This document shows positions 10,225 through 19,580 of a DNA stretch of 64,000 nucleotides, piece after piece. The stretch is from Vulcanimicrobiota bacterium. GTDB lineage: Bacteria > Vulcanimicrobiota > Xenobia > Xenobiales > JADMJV01. Each line of letters begins with the position of its first letter. Position 1 is the first letter of the stretch. The notes below the pieces were generated by a model. That model ran no database searches. It was not told the origin of the DNA and saw nothing but the letters and a program-made list of their open reading frames with translations. The stretch covers positions 9,235-73,234 of the forward strand of contig JBFWNU010000005.1 of the NCBI GenBank assembly GCA_050250895.1, in the 5' to 3' direction. The position numbers and the translations under genes are program-made.

Positions 10225-10574
10225 TTGGTTTTCTTCTTGATCTCGGCAAGCATCTTGCGGGCCTCTTCGTCTTTTGGATTTGCCTTGAGCAGGCTTTCGA
10301 AGTGGGGACGGGCCTCTTTGTAGAGGCCCTGTTTGTAGAGCGAAATGGCGAGCAGTTGGCGGGCTCGGATGCGGTCGGCCTTAAGACTCGGTTCGAAAGC
10401 CGCGAGCGCTTGCTCGGCCAACTGGGCACTCTGGGCATAGGCGGCCCGTTGCTGGGCCACCCCGGCCGAGGCCAGGGCCGCCGGACCTGTCAGTAGCCGT
10501 AAAGGTAACCCGCTGGCGTGCACTCCCGTGAGCAAAGACGCCAACAACAGCAAAGAAACGGCGGTCTCTTTCAT
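10221..10574 (-). CDS. Small secreted TPR-like protein
   Basis: Signal peptide MKETAVSLLLLASLLTGVHA, Ala-rich helical repeats; coupled by ATGA overlaps on both sides. Confidence 0.5.
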   Translation of the reverse strand: MKETAVSLLLLASLLTGVHASGLPLRLLTGPAALASAGVAQQRAAYAQSAQLAEQALAAFEPSLKADRIRARQLLAISLYKQGLYKEARPHFESLLKANPKDEEARKMLAEIKKKTK

Positions 10575-11995
10575 CCGCTAGCCTCCAGGAGCATCTGGTT
10601 GAGTCGGCTCCTCTCATCGTCGTTGGTGGCCAGTTCCAGGGCCTTGTTGAGGTCATTGAAGGCATCATTGCGCCGACCCTGCTCGAGGGCCAATTTCCCC
10701 CGCAGGGCATAAGTCGGGCCGCAGTAGGGGTTGAGGTCGAGACAGGCGGCGAAGTCCAACAGGGCGGCCTGGGGTCGGCCCGACTCGAGCTCGAGCGCGC
10801 TGCGCTCACGCATGGCTGCGTACAGCTTGGGTTGCAGATTCAAAGCTTCGGAATAGTCCTTTAGTGCCGCCGGTCGATCCCCCAGGCGAGCGCGGATGCG
10901 GGCGCGCAAGTGATAGGCCTCGGCGCTGCGGCGTCGCCCCAGTTCAGCCGTGGCCAGTTCCAGAGCTTCTTCATCGCGGCCCTCGGCGAAAGCCACCTGG
11001 GCTTGTTGGAAAGTCACCGAACCCAACAGCGGATACTCCGAGCAACGTCGCAGCACAGCCTGAGCGGCCCGGGTGATTTCTGATTCGTTGCGCGACACCA
11101 GCCCGGTGCGCACAGCCGTCTCGAGGTCGCCCAGCATGCGAAACATGAGGGGGCGGGTGGTAAGGTAGAACGATTCAGGCATCTGCTCGGAAGAGACCTG
11201 GGCTCTGGCTACCAGGGCCGGCAACTCGGTCAACTCGACGGCCCGTTTACCCAGGGCTGCTTCGAGTCGCGACCGGTCCAGCCCGGCGCCCTCGAGCTGG
11301 GCGATGGTCGCCTGACGCAGGAGTTTGTCGTCTTCGTTGGGGCGTCCAGCGTCGATGCGAGCGATGGTGTAGAGGCCGGCAAACAGGCCTCCGTCGAGGT
11401 CGAGCAGGGCCTGCAGACCGGCCAATCTGGCCACGAAACGGTCTTCGCCGGCCGGGCACGCTTTGCGCGCCTCGCCCAACACCCGGAAAGCCTGCAACTC
11501 TTTACCCGCGAGCATGAAAGCCTCGGCGGCCAGCAGCCAGGGCTCGGGCTTTTTCTGGTCGGCGGCGGCTTTGGCCAGTTCGCGTCCCAGGTCAGCCAGG
11601 CCCAACAGGTCGTTGCCCTTGCACAGGTCGTAGAAGCGCTGATCATGTTCGCCGCGCGATTTTTCGCGAACAATCGGGGCCGAGCGCGTCATGCCGAGAT
11701 ATACCAGTCCGGTCAGTGCTCCGCAGGCGCCGCCCAGCCCGAGGCTGACCAGGGGAGCGGGATCGCTAAGGTGGAGCAAGCTAAAGACCGCCAGCGAGAC
11801 CATCAGACCCAGGGCCGCCGCCTGAGCGTGGGCCAGCCTTCTTCTGAGGGCGAGCTTGAGCACGGCCCAGGCGACCAGCCAGGCGAGCGCCCACGCCAAC
11901 ACTTCGGCCGGGCCGCCGACCGGCCACACCGCCACCATGGCGCTTGCGAAGGCCCCGGTGCCACACCAGGCCAGGAACTGCATCAGACGGGACAA
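10571..11995 (-). CDS. Membrane-anchored TPR-repeat protein
   Basis: Three predicted N-terminal TM helices then multiple TPR-like repeats (e.g. AEAYHLRARIRARLGD). 474 aa. Confidence 0.6.
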   Translation of the reverse strand: MSRLMQFLAWCGTGAFASAMVAVWPVGGPAEVLAWALAWLVAWAVLKLALRRRLAHAQAAALGLMVSLAVFSLLHLSDPAPLVSLGLGGACGALTGLVYLGMTRSAPIVREKSRGEHDQRFYDLCKGNDLLGLADLGRELAKAAADQKKPEPWLLAAEAFMLAGKELQAFRVLGEARKACPAGEDRFVARLAGLQALLDLDGGLFAGLYTIARIDAGRPNEDDKLLRQATIAQLEGAGLDRSRLEAALGKRAVELTELPALVARAQVSSEQMPESFYLTTRPLMFRMLGDLETAVRTGLVSRNESEITRAAQAVLRRCSEYPLLGSVTFQQAQVAFAEGRDEEALELATAELGRRRSAEAYHLRARIRARLGDRPAALKDYSEALNLQPKLYAAMRERSALELESGRPQAALLDFAACLDLNPYCGPTYALRGKLALEQGRRNDAFNDLNKALELATNDDERSRLNQMLLEASG

Positions 11996-12323
11996 GATCG
12001 ACGCCTCCAGATGGCGGCTTCGAGTTTGGCCGCACCGCTCCTGGTTGACTGAGCCACCAGTGATGTAACTGGCTGGCTCGTTGGTATTCGGCCAGGTGGC
12101 CCCGCTCGAGCCAATGCTCGAAGGCCGTCAGACGCGCCCTTTCGGCCTCGAAAGCGGGTTCCTGGGGCAGGCGGCGCTGGCGGCCCCAGTCAAGAATCTG
12201 GCGACAGTGAGCCGGCGAAGCTCCGGAGGCGATCAGGCAATCGAGCATCTGTCCCAGTTGGCGGGATTCACTCAGGAGTTCGGCCGGGGGAGAGAGCAGC
12301 ACGAGAATTATCAGAATGTTCAT
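11781..12323 (-). CDS. Small hypothetical secreted protein (N-terminal part credible; 3' end overlaps next gene by ~215 nt)
   Basis: Signal-peptide-like MNILIILVLLSPPAELLS; the C-terminal 70 aa look like out-of-frame translation of the neighbouring gene. Confidence 0.3.
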   Translation of the reverse strand: MNILIILVLLSPPAELLSESRQLGQMLDCLIASGASPAHCRQILDWGRQRRLPQEPAFEAERARLTAFEHWLERGHLAEYQRASQLHHWWLSQPGAVRPNSKPPSGGVDLVPSDAVPGLVWHRGLRKRHGGGVAGRRPGRSVGVGARLAGRLGRAQARPQKKAGPRSGGGPGSDGLAGGL

Positions 12324-12447
12324 GGTTTTAGCCTGCGCTCTCGAGATGGCCGGGCTGTAGCCGAACTGTTAGCATCCCTTTTCCGCGATCTTACCGTTTG
12401 ATGAACAGCCAACGAACAGAGCAGGGGACCGACCCTGGCGAGCGCAA

Positions 12448-13557
12448 TTGGTGGACATGAGCAGCCAGGACGAGACGACTTGCGTCGAGGGCACCGAGCT
12501 CGAGTTCGTCGACCAGAGTGATCGCAGTTTCGAGGGACAGACGGTGGCCGGCTATCGACTCGAACAGGTGGTGGGACGGGGCGGTTTCGGTCGCGTCTAT
12601 CGCGCTGGTGACCAGCACGGCAAGGTCTGGGCCGCCAAAGAGCTGCTCATGACCTCGGACGAAGCCGACGGCACGGCCCAGTCGCGGGTGCGCCAGACCC
12701 TCGAGCGCGAGCAGAAGATACTCTCCTGGTTGTCTCACGAGGGTATCGTGACGCGCAAAGAAGCCCTCTTCGAGCATGACCGCATCTTCTTGATCATGGA
12801 ATACCTCGAGGGAGCCAATCTGCGCGACCGGTTGGCCGAATCCGAACTCTCGATGCCCCAGGGAGCCGTGCTCGAACTGGGTCTTCAGCTGGCCGAGGTG
12901 TTGGGCTACCTGCACGCCCAGAAGCCCTACCCGATCGTCTTTAGCGACCTCAAGCCGGCCAATCTGATGCTCACCGCCGAGGGAAAGGTAAAGTTGATCG
13001 ATTTCGGGATCGCTCGCCTGGCCACCCCGCGCGAGGAGGGGCTGCCGGCCATGGGCACTCCCGGGTACGCAGCCCCCGAGCAGTACGGCGGCGATTTCGA
13101 CGTGCGCGCCGACATCTATGCCCTGGGGGTGGTCATGCACAACCTGCTGACGCGTCAAGAGCCCCGCCTGCTGAAGCTTCCCCTGCCTCGGGTGGGAGCT
13201 TATGCCACGGCCGTGGACCGTGACCTGGAGGCGGTCATTTCCCGGGCTACCCAGGTCGACCCCGAGCAGCGGTTTTCTTCCGTTCGTCTCATGGCCCGGG
13301 CCCTCGAGGATGTGCTCGAGAAATGGCGACGAAACCGAGCCGAGTTGCGCGGTGAGCTGGTTGCCTGGTCCGGCCTCGAGGCCAGCCGTGCGCGATTGGC
13401 CTCGGCCATTGATGAGAGCGTCAACGAGGTGAATCGTAACCGGGCCGACCGAGCCAAGCCCCTGCTGCCCGACCCCAAGGTCGTACGCCGCTGGCAGTGG
13501 GGTCTGGCTCTGGGCGGAGCCCTGGCGCTGCTGGCCTATGTGATGAGCCAACTTTGA
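12448..13557 (+). CDS. Hanks-type serine/threonine protein kinase with C-terminal TM anchor
   Basis: VGRGGFGRVY, AAKEL, DLKPANLML, DFGIAR, GTPGYAAPE motifs. The antisense ORF 12391..13743 was rejected. Confidence 0.85.
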   Translation: MVDMSSQDETTCVEGTELEFVDQSDRSFEGQTVAGYRLEQVVGRGGFGRVYRAGDQHGKVWAAKELLMTSDEADGTAQSRVRQTLEREQKILSWLSHEGIVTRKEALFEHDRIFLIMEYLEGANLRDRLAESELSMPQGAVLELGLQLAEVLGYLHAQKPYPIVFSDLKPANLMLTAEGKVKLIDFGIARLATPREEGLPAMGTPGYAAPEQYGGDFDVRADIYALGVVMHNLLTRQEPRLLKLPLPRVGAYATAVDRDLEAVISRATQVDPEQRFSSVRLMARALEDVLEKWRRNRAELRGELVAWSGLEASRARLASAIDESVNEVNRNRADRAKPLLPDPKVVRRWQWGLALGGALALLAYVMSQL

Positions 13558-13650
13558 GAGGGGAGCGCTGGCGGACGCACGGCATCCTGTGGCCCGCTTC
13601 GGGGCAGAGGGGAGCGAGGTTCGCGCCCGATCGGTCCCGAAGGGGCGGTC

Positions 13651-15546
13651 ATGCATCCCCTTCAAGTCTTGCACGAACGCTTCACATACAGCCACTTTCG
13701 GGCCGGCCAACTCGAGGTGATCCACTCGTTGCTCGCCGGCCACAGTGCGGCCGCCGTCTTTCCCACGGGGGCCGGCAAGTCGCTGTGCTATCAGCTACCG
13801 GCTTTAATGTGGCCGGGCCTGACGTTGGTAGTCAGTCCGCTCATCGCCTTGATGAAGGACCAGATCGACGCCCTGGTCGCTCGCGGCATCGCCGCTGCGC
13901 GGCTCGATTCGAGCCTGGACCTCGAGCAGTATCGAGAGACGATGCAGGCCGCCGCCGATGGCCGGCTGCGGTTGCTCTATGTGGCCCCCGAGCGTTTCAA
14001 CAACGAGCGTTTTCGGCAGTCGCTAAAGCAGCTCGACATCGAGTTGTTTGCTGTCGACGAGGCCCACTGCGTGTCGGAATGGGGGCACAATTTTCGGCCC
14101 GACTACCTCAAGTTGGCCGGTTACGCTCGGGATTTCCAGGCACGACGCGTGTTGGCCCTGACCGCCACCGCCACTCCCCAGGTGCTCGAAGACATCTGCC
14201 AGTGCTTTTCCATCTCGCCCGAGCATACGGTGCGCACACCGTTTCATCGTCCTAACCTCACCTTGAGGGCTCGGCCGGTCGCCAGCCAGCACCACAAGCA
14301 ACTGGCCCTCATCGAGGGTCTGCGGGGGCGCCCCGAGGGTCCCACCATCGTCTACGTTACCTTGCAGCGCACCGCCGAGTCGGTGGCCGGCTGGCTCGAG
14401 CAGGCCGGTTTCGCGGCTCGGCCTTACCATGCCGGTCTTGACAACGAGGTCCGGGCCGAGACCCAGGAGTGGTTCCTGGCCAGCCCCGACGGCATCGTGG
14501 TGGCTACCATCGCCTTCGGGATGGGCATCGACAAATCAGACATCCGTTACGTGTACCACTATGACCCTCCCAAGAGTCTGGAGAATTACGCCCAGGAAAT
14601 CGGCCGGGCGGGACGTGACGGAGAGCCCTCCACCTGCGAGATGCTCCTCTACGAGCCTGACCGCATTCCCCTCGAGAACTTCGTCTATGGCGACACTCCG
14701 ACCCTCGACGCCATCACCAGCTTATTGGGTGAACTCTTCGGGGGGGCTGACGAATTGGTGCTCAATCTTTACGCCCTCTCGACCCACCATGATATCCGAC
14801 CCCTGGTGCTGCGCACGTTGCTGACCTATCTCGAGTTGGAGGGTTATCTCGAGGGGCTGACGCCGATCTACTCCAGCTATCGCTTCAAGCCGCTGATCAG
14901 CTCGCAAGAGATGCTCGGGCATTTCGAGGGCGAGCGTCGCGAGTTCTTGACGGCTTTGTTTCGCCTGGCCGTACGCAAACGCACCTGGTGCGACATCAGC
15001 ATCGAGACGGCGTGTCAAAGGCTCGAGTGCGGGCGCGACCGAGTGGTGGCGGCCATGGATTATCTGGCCCAGCAGGGGTGGCTCGAACTCAAAGTGGCCG
15101 ATCTGCGCCATCGCTACCGCCTCTTGAGGCGACCCGGACCCGAGCTGGCCAAAACTCTCCACCAGAGGGCCCTGGCTCGGGAACGAGCCGAGCTTGAGCG
15201 TCTCGACCAGGTCATCGCCCTGGCCCGAGCCCAGGAGTGCCGGGTGGCCCTCTTGAGTGCCCACTTCGGCGAGGCGGTCGAGCCGCCTTGCGGCCACTGC
15301 TGCTGGTGTCTGGGCGAGGCGATCCAGGCACCCGACCAGGATCAGACTCGCCCCGCACTCGATCTGGAAGGCTTGCCAGAGGCGCTACGCACTCCACGTG
15401 AGGTGGCCCGCTTTCTGTGCGGAGTCACCTCACCGGCCCTTTCGCGGGCAGGTCTGACCAAGCATCCACGCTTCGGCGAGGCGGCCGGGGTGTCTTTTGG
15501 TCACATCCTGGCCAGCTTTCAGGAGACTTTCACGCCGACCGTCTAA
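13651..15546 (+). CDS. RecQ-family DNA helicase paralog with extended C-terminal domain
   Basis: PTGAGKSLCYQL, DEAHCVSEWGHNFRPDY, C-terminal CGHCCWC zinc motif. Confidence 0.85.
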   Translation: MHPLQVLHERFTYSHFRAGQLEVIHSLLAGHSAAAVFPTGAGKSLCYQLPALMWPGLTLVVSPLIALMKDQIDALVARGIAAARLDSSLDLEQYRETMQAAADGRLRLLYVAPERFNNERFRQSLKQLDIELFAVDEAHCVSEWGHNFRPDYLKLAGYARDFQARRVLALTATATPQVLEDICQCFSISPEHTVRTPFHRPNLTLRARPVASQHHKQLALIEGLRGRPEGPTIVYVTLQRTAESVAGWLEQAGFAARPYHAGLDNEVRAETQEWFLASPDGIVVATIAFGMGIDKSDIRYVYHYDPPKSLENYAQEIGRAGRDGEPSTCEMLLYEPDRIPLENFVYGDTPTLDAITSLLGELFGGADELVLNLYALSTHHDIRPLVLRTLLTYLELEGYLEGLTPIYSSYRFKPLISSQEMLGHFEGERREFLTALFRLAVRKRTWCDISIETACQRLECGRDRVVAAMDYLAQQGWLELKVADLRHRYRLLRRPGPELAKTLHQRALARERAELERLDQVIALARAQECRVALLSAHFGEAVEPPCGHCCWCLGEAIQAPDQDQTRPALDLEGLPEALRTPREVARFLCGVTSPALSRAGLTKHPRFGEAAGVSFGHILASFQETFTPTV

Positions 15547-15556
15547 GCTATCCGCC

Positions 15557-17140
15557 ATGGATGTCTTTTTGCGCGGGCTCGAGCGGCGGGCTTTCGAAGG
15601 CTATGGCGACACCTCGTATTGGTCGCGCGAGGCCAAGGAACTGGCCGTCGAGGCGGCCGCCTTCGCGGCCCGCAAGACCGCCGAGCTGAGGGCCGACGAG
15701 GTTTACACGCCGGCACAGGCTGAGGATGCCCTGACCCAACTGAGGGCCGAGGAATCGCGCTTCAAAGGCACCGCTCACCGCCTGGCCTTTGATGGCTATG
15801 GCGACACCTCTTATTGGTCGCGCCGCACCAAGGAGCTGGCTCTGGCCACGGCGGCCCACTGCTGCTTGACGGCCAGCCTTTGTGATGGACCGATGCTGGC
15901 CGCCCTCGGATCGACCCTCGACACCAGCCTGGCACGATCCCACGACACGGCCTTCAACGGCCACGGTGACGTGAGTTATTGGAGCCAGCGGGCCAAGCGG
16001 CTGGCTGGCGAACAAGCTCCCGAGTTGCCTGCCGAGCTAGCCGGCCTTACCCGGGGACAGGCCACCCCCACCAGCCAGGTGGTCGAGCTCAATCGCGACT
16101 TGCTCGAGGGATTGACCCGCGAGACCTTCGGACCCACTGGCGACACGGGCTTCTGGTCGCGCCAGACTAAGGAGCTCGCCTTTCGCTCGGCCGCTCACGC
16201 CGCCCAGCTCGGCATGTTGGCGGCGGCCAAGAAGAGCCACTCGTCAACCCGGCGAACGCAAGCCGTCGAGCAGTTTGCCCAGCTGGCCCAGGAGCGAGGT
16301 CAGGCGCTCCAAGATAAGGCCTGGTCAAGCACCGGAGACACCTCGCACTGGTCCAAGCGCTCCAAGCATCTGGCTCTGGACGTGGCCTGCGCGGTCAACG
16401 AACTGGTGGAGAGCTGCGACGGGTCGATGGCCGAAACGGTCAGGCCGCTGCTCGAGTCGACCCTGACCGAGGCCCGCGAGGTGGCCTTCGATGGGCACGG
16501 CGATGTGCGTTACTGGAGTCAGCGAGCCAAGCGCATGGCGGCACTTTCCCGCACCGCCCTGGAAGAAGCGGCGGTCGAAGTGCGAGCCCGCCAGGCCGCC
16601 ACTCCCCGCGGCTATCTCGAGGCCTCGGTGGCGGGATTGACCCAGCTGTCTTCGGTTCGCCAGGCGGAAAAGCAAGGCATTCAAGGTCAGCTTGACGACC
16701 TCGGCCGGGTGGCCGCCGCCAATCAACCCCGCCGCGCCCAGCTGGTCAAACGCCACGAGCTACTGCGCAAAGTGGGCATGGGTGGCGCCCTGGCGACGGT
16801 GATCGGGTTTGGTTGTCAGTCGATTTCCCCCTGGTTCTTGGGGCTGGCCGGTGTGGGGGCCGTGGCCGCCGTGGGCAGCGTGCTGGGGCTTTCCTCCATC
16901 AAGTCCGAGCTGGCCAACCTGGCGGTGGGAAAAGGCGACAAAGACCTGCTCGAGCGCCGGCGCCAACTCGTCGACCTCGAACTCGGTCGCCTCGACCGTC
17001 GTCTTGAGGAGCAGAATCAGGCTCTCTCGGTGCATCAGTTGGCCGACGCCCTGACCGCCCCGGCCGGCCCGACCAAACTCGAGTTTGGCGATGAAGAGAT
17101 CCTGATCGGTGACATCGCCGTGGAACGCAACCTGGGTTAA
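15557..17140 (+). CDS. Novel repeat protein: six ~30-aa repeats with core (F/W)xG(Y/H/T)GDTSYWSxxxKELA, then TM segment and coiled coil
   Basis: Start at the ATG after the RecQ paralog stop. Repeats visible in the translation: AFEGYGDTSYWSREAKELA, AFDGYGDTSYWSRRTKELA, AFNGHGDVSYWSQRAKRLA, GPTGDTGFWSRQTKELA, STGDTSHWSKRSKHLA, GHGDVRYWSQRAKRMA. Confidence 0.6.
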   Translation: MDVFLRGLERRAFEGYGDTSYWSREAKELAVEAAAFAARKTAELRADEVYTPAQAEDALTQLRAEESRFKGTAHRLAFDGYGDTSYWSRRTKELALATAAHCCLTASLCDGPMLAALGSTLDTSLARSHDTAFNGHGDVSYWSQRAKRLAGEQAPELPAELAGLTRGQATPTSQVVELNRDLLEGLTRETFGPTGDTGFWSRQTKELAFRSAAHAAQLGMLAAAKKSHSSTRRTQAVEQFAQLAQERGQALQDKAWSSTGDTSHWSKRSKHLALDVACAVNELVESCDGSMAETVRPLLESTLTEAREVAFDGHGDVRYWSQRAKRMAALSRTALEEAAVEVRARQAATPRGYLEASVAGLTQLSSVRQAEKQGIQGQLDDLGRVAAANQPRRAQLVKRHELLRKVGMGGALATVIGFGCQSISPWFLGLAGVGAVAAVGSVLGLSSIKSELANLAVGKGDKDLLERRRQLVDLELGRLDRRLEEQNQALSVHQLADALTAPAGPTKLEFGDEEILIGDIAVERNLG

Positions 17141-17214
17141 CACCTGGTTCGTCGCCCGGCGCTCTAGCGCTCGCCTCCGGGAGTTTGGCCGGTTGGTGAC
17201 GAAGTAGTGGTCCG

Positions 17215-17802
17215 ATGACTTTGATCAGCGTTCAACCGCGGCGATTTAGTCGCGAAGAGTATCACCGAATGGGTGAGGCCGGGCTTTTTCGGGGGGAAAG
17301 GGTCGAACTGATCAAAGGGGCAGTGGTGGCGATGAGCCCCCACGATCCGCTCCATGCCGGCGCCGTGGAGAACGCCTCCACGGTCTTGAATCGGCTTTTA
17401 GGGAGCGCCTATGTCGTGAGAGTGCAATTGCCGATGGTGGCTCCCGACGACTCCGAACCCGAACCCGATTTGCTTTTATTGACTCACGAGCAAGCTCGTC
17501 AGTTCAGGCGAGAACGCCGTCATCCGGATGGGGCCGTGCTGGTGGTCGAGGTGTCCAGGACCTCGCTAGACTACGACCGTCTCGAGAAATCCAGTCTCTA
17601 TGCCGAAACCGGCGTGGCCGAGTTTTGGATTATCAACCTCGTCGACATGGTGGTCGAGACCAGTCGCCAGCCCGCGCGTGACCCCGCAGCCCGACTGGGC
17701 TGGTGCTATCGCGAGACGGCGGTCCTGGGGCCCGACGAGGTCCTCTCGTTCGACGGTGTGTCGATTCCCGTGGGGGGGCTGTTCGCCGACCTCAACGCTT
17801 AG
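17215..17802 (+). CDS. Uma2-family (DUF820) PD-(D/E)xK putative endonuclease
   Basis: FSREEYHRMGEAGLF...ELIKG...MSP...EPDLLL...VVEV...AETGVAEFWIINL matches the Uma2/DUF820 pattern. Confidence 0.75.
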   Translation: MTLISVQPRRFSREEYHRMGEAGLFRGERVELIKGAVVAMSPHDPLHAGAVENASTVLNRLLGSAYVVRVQLPMVAPDDSEPEPDLLLLTHEQARQFRRERRHPDGAVLVVEVSRTSLDYDRLEKSSLYAETGVAEFWIINLVDMVVETSRQPARDPAARLGWCYRETAVLGPDEVLSFDGVSIPVGGLFADLNA

Positions 17803-18470
17803 GCTACCGCCTGAAAAGCGCTCTCTTGCAACCTTTGGCTGAGCAGTTGGTGGGCCGAGGGCGAGAGGCGCTCGGCCCAGGGCAGATAGAATTCGGCGGT
17901 CTGGGCACGGTAACGCGTCTTCTTGGGTTCGGGCATCACCGCCAGGTCGGCGGTGTTGTCGAGGCGGTCGGCCAGTTTGAGCACCAGTACCTGGTCGGGA
18001 GCCCGGTCGCGCAGACCCTCGAGAAAGATGCGATCGCGTTCTTCGCCTGATTGCCCCGGGGCTCTAGCAGGCTTGCTGGCCCAGTCTACCAGTTCGGCCA
18101 CTTGCGCGCCGAACTGCGAGCGCACCTGGGCGAGAGTGACGGGTGTATCCTCGACCACATCGTGGAGGAGCGCGGCCGCCAGTAAGTCGGGGTCGCGCAC
18201 GCCGAAGCGGTCGATCAGTTCGAGAGTGACTCGGGTGGGATGGTGGATGTAGGCGCTTCCGTCTTCGCGCTTTTGCGAGGCGTGGGCCCTGGCGGCTAGC
18301 TGGTAAGCGCGCTGGAGGGTGGGCAGGAGCGGGGCCAGTTCGCGCCGCTGGCAGGCCTGTTCCAGGCTCGACCAGCCCGGCAACCAGGCCTGCGGGACAG
18401 AGGCGGCGGCTGGGTGGGGACCAGCATAGCGGACGACTTTGGGAAGGGCGATGGCTCCGATACCGACCAT
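17799..18470 (-). CDS. HD-domain protein, RelA/SpoT-hydrolase-like small alarmone hydrolase
   Basis: HASQKREDGSAYIHHPTRV ... AALLHDVVEDT signature of the (p)ppGpp hydrolase HD domain; no synthetase domain. Confidence 0.7.
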   Translation of the reverse strand: MVGIGAIALPKVVRYAGPHPAAASVPQAWLPGWSSLEQACQRRELAPLLPTLQRAYQLAARAHASQKREDGSAYIHHPTRVTLELIDRFGVRDPDLLAAALLHDVVEDTPVTLAQVRSQFGAQVAELVDWASKPARAPGQSGEERDRIFLEGLRDRAPDQVLVLKLADRLDNTADLAVMPEPKKTRYRAQTAEFYLPWAERLSPSAHQLLSQRLQESAFQAVA

Positions 18471-18479
18471 CCCTCTACT

Positions 18480-19580
18480 CTAGGTCGGCGAGCTGAAGAG
18501 TTCCTGAAAGGCGGCCAGAGCCTCGGAGAACGTGGTCCGGCCGAAGCCAAACCGGACAAAGCGGTCCTCCCAGCCGAGAAAGGTCGAGGGCAACAGCACG
18601 ATGCCGTGCCGGTCGGCAAGTTCATAACACCACTGCTGGGCAGAGCGACCGTCGAGTAACTCGACCAGGGCTACCGAGGCTCCGCGGGGTCGGCGAAAAC
18701 GAAAAAGGTCTCTATGGCGCGCGAAAAAGTCCTCGGCCAGAGAAAGGTTGGCCTCGATGATCTGGTTGCTGCGGGCCACCAGTTGCGACTCGACCGCCAG
18801 AGCCACCTGGGCCAGGAATTCGGTGGGGGCCGGCGGGCAGATGGAGGTGTACATCTTGAGTTCGAACAGGCGTCTGCGCAGCTCAGGCTCGCGGGTGGCC
18901 AGCCAGCCGCAGCGCAGCCCCGGTAGTCCCTGGGACTTGGAAAGGCCTCCCAGGACTACCGCTCGCGGGTAGAGGTCGGCCGCCGAGGCCAGGCGAGGGA
19001 CATCGGGGCGCAGCAGCCCGGCGTAGATCTCGTCGCAGAAGAGCCAGAGGCCACGTTGGTCGACCCACTCCAAAAGGCGGGTCCACTCTTCGGTCGTGGG
19101 GACAAAGCCCGTCGGGTTGTGCGGAAAGTTGACCACCAGCAAGTCGGTCTCGGGGGTGACCAGCCGCTCGAGACCCTCGAAATCGAGTTGCCACTCGCTG
19201 TCGGTAGCGCGCAGGGGCCAGGGAATGGCGTTCTGGGGCAGGTTCTTGAGGGCGTCGTAGGCCGGGGTCAGCACGATGGTGTCCTGAGTGAAGAGTTGCG
19301 AGAGCAGATAGAGGCCCTCGACGGGGCTGCCCAGCACCAGGATGTCCTCCGCCGACAGAGTCTGGTAGCGGGCCGCAATGGCTTCGCGCAGAGTCGGGTG
19401 ACCAGCCGATTCGGTGTAGCCGAGGGTTAGCTTCATGAACTCGTCGGGCTCGACCCCGGCCAGCTCCAGCAGTGCGCCGACCGAGAGAGTCTGGCAGTCT
19501 GAAGCGGCCAGGAGATGGCGGGCCGTGAACTCGTAGCGAGCGAAGTAGAGCTCGGTATCGAAGGGGCCCGGAAGGGTCAT
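18480..19580 (-). CDS. PLP-dependent aminotransferase (class I/II fold)
   Basis: Aminotransferase-like core (NFPHNPTG, SKSQGLPGLRCGW). Start placed at the internal Met forming an ATGA overlap with the upstream gene; the Arg/Gly-rich 35-aa extension was discarded. Confidence 0.7.
   Translation of the reverse strand: MTLPGPFDTELYFARYEFTARHLLAASDCQTLSVGALLELAGVEPDEFMKLTLGYTESAGHPTLREAIAARYQTLSAEDILVLGSPVEGLYLLSQLFTQDTIVLTPAYDALKNLPQNAIPWPLRATDSEWQLDFEGLERLVTPETDLLVVNFPHNPTGFVPTTEEWTRLLEWVDQRGLWLFCDEIYAGLLRPDVPRLASAADLYPRAVVLGGLSKSQGLPGLRCGWLATREPELRRRLFELKMYTSICPPAPTEFLAQVALAVESQLVARSNQIIEANLSLAEDFFARHRDLFRFRRPRGASVALVELLDGRSAQQWCYELADRHGIVLLPSTFLGWEDRFVRFGFGRTTFSEALAAFQELFSSPT

Noticed and set aside
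12391-13743. 450-aa minus-strand ORF
   Set aside because: Fully antisense to the well-supported Ser/Thr kinase; Arg/Gly/Leu-rich junk composition typical of reverse-frame ORFs in high-GC DNA.
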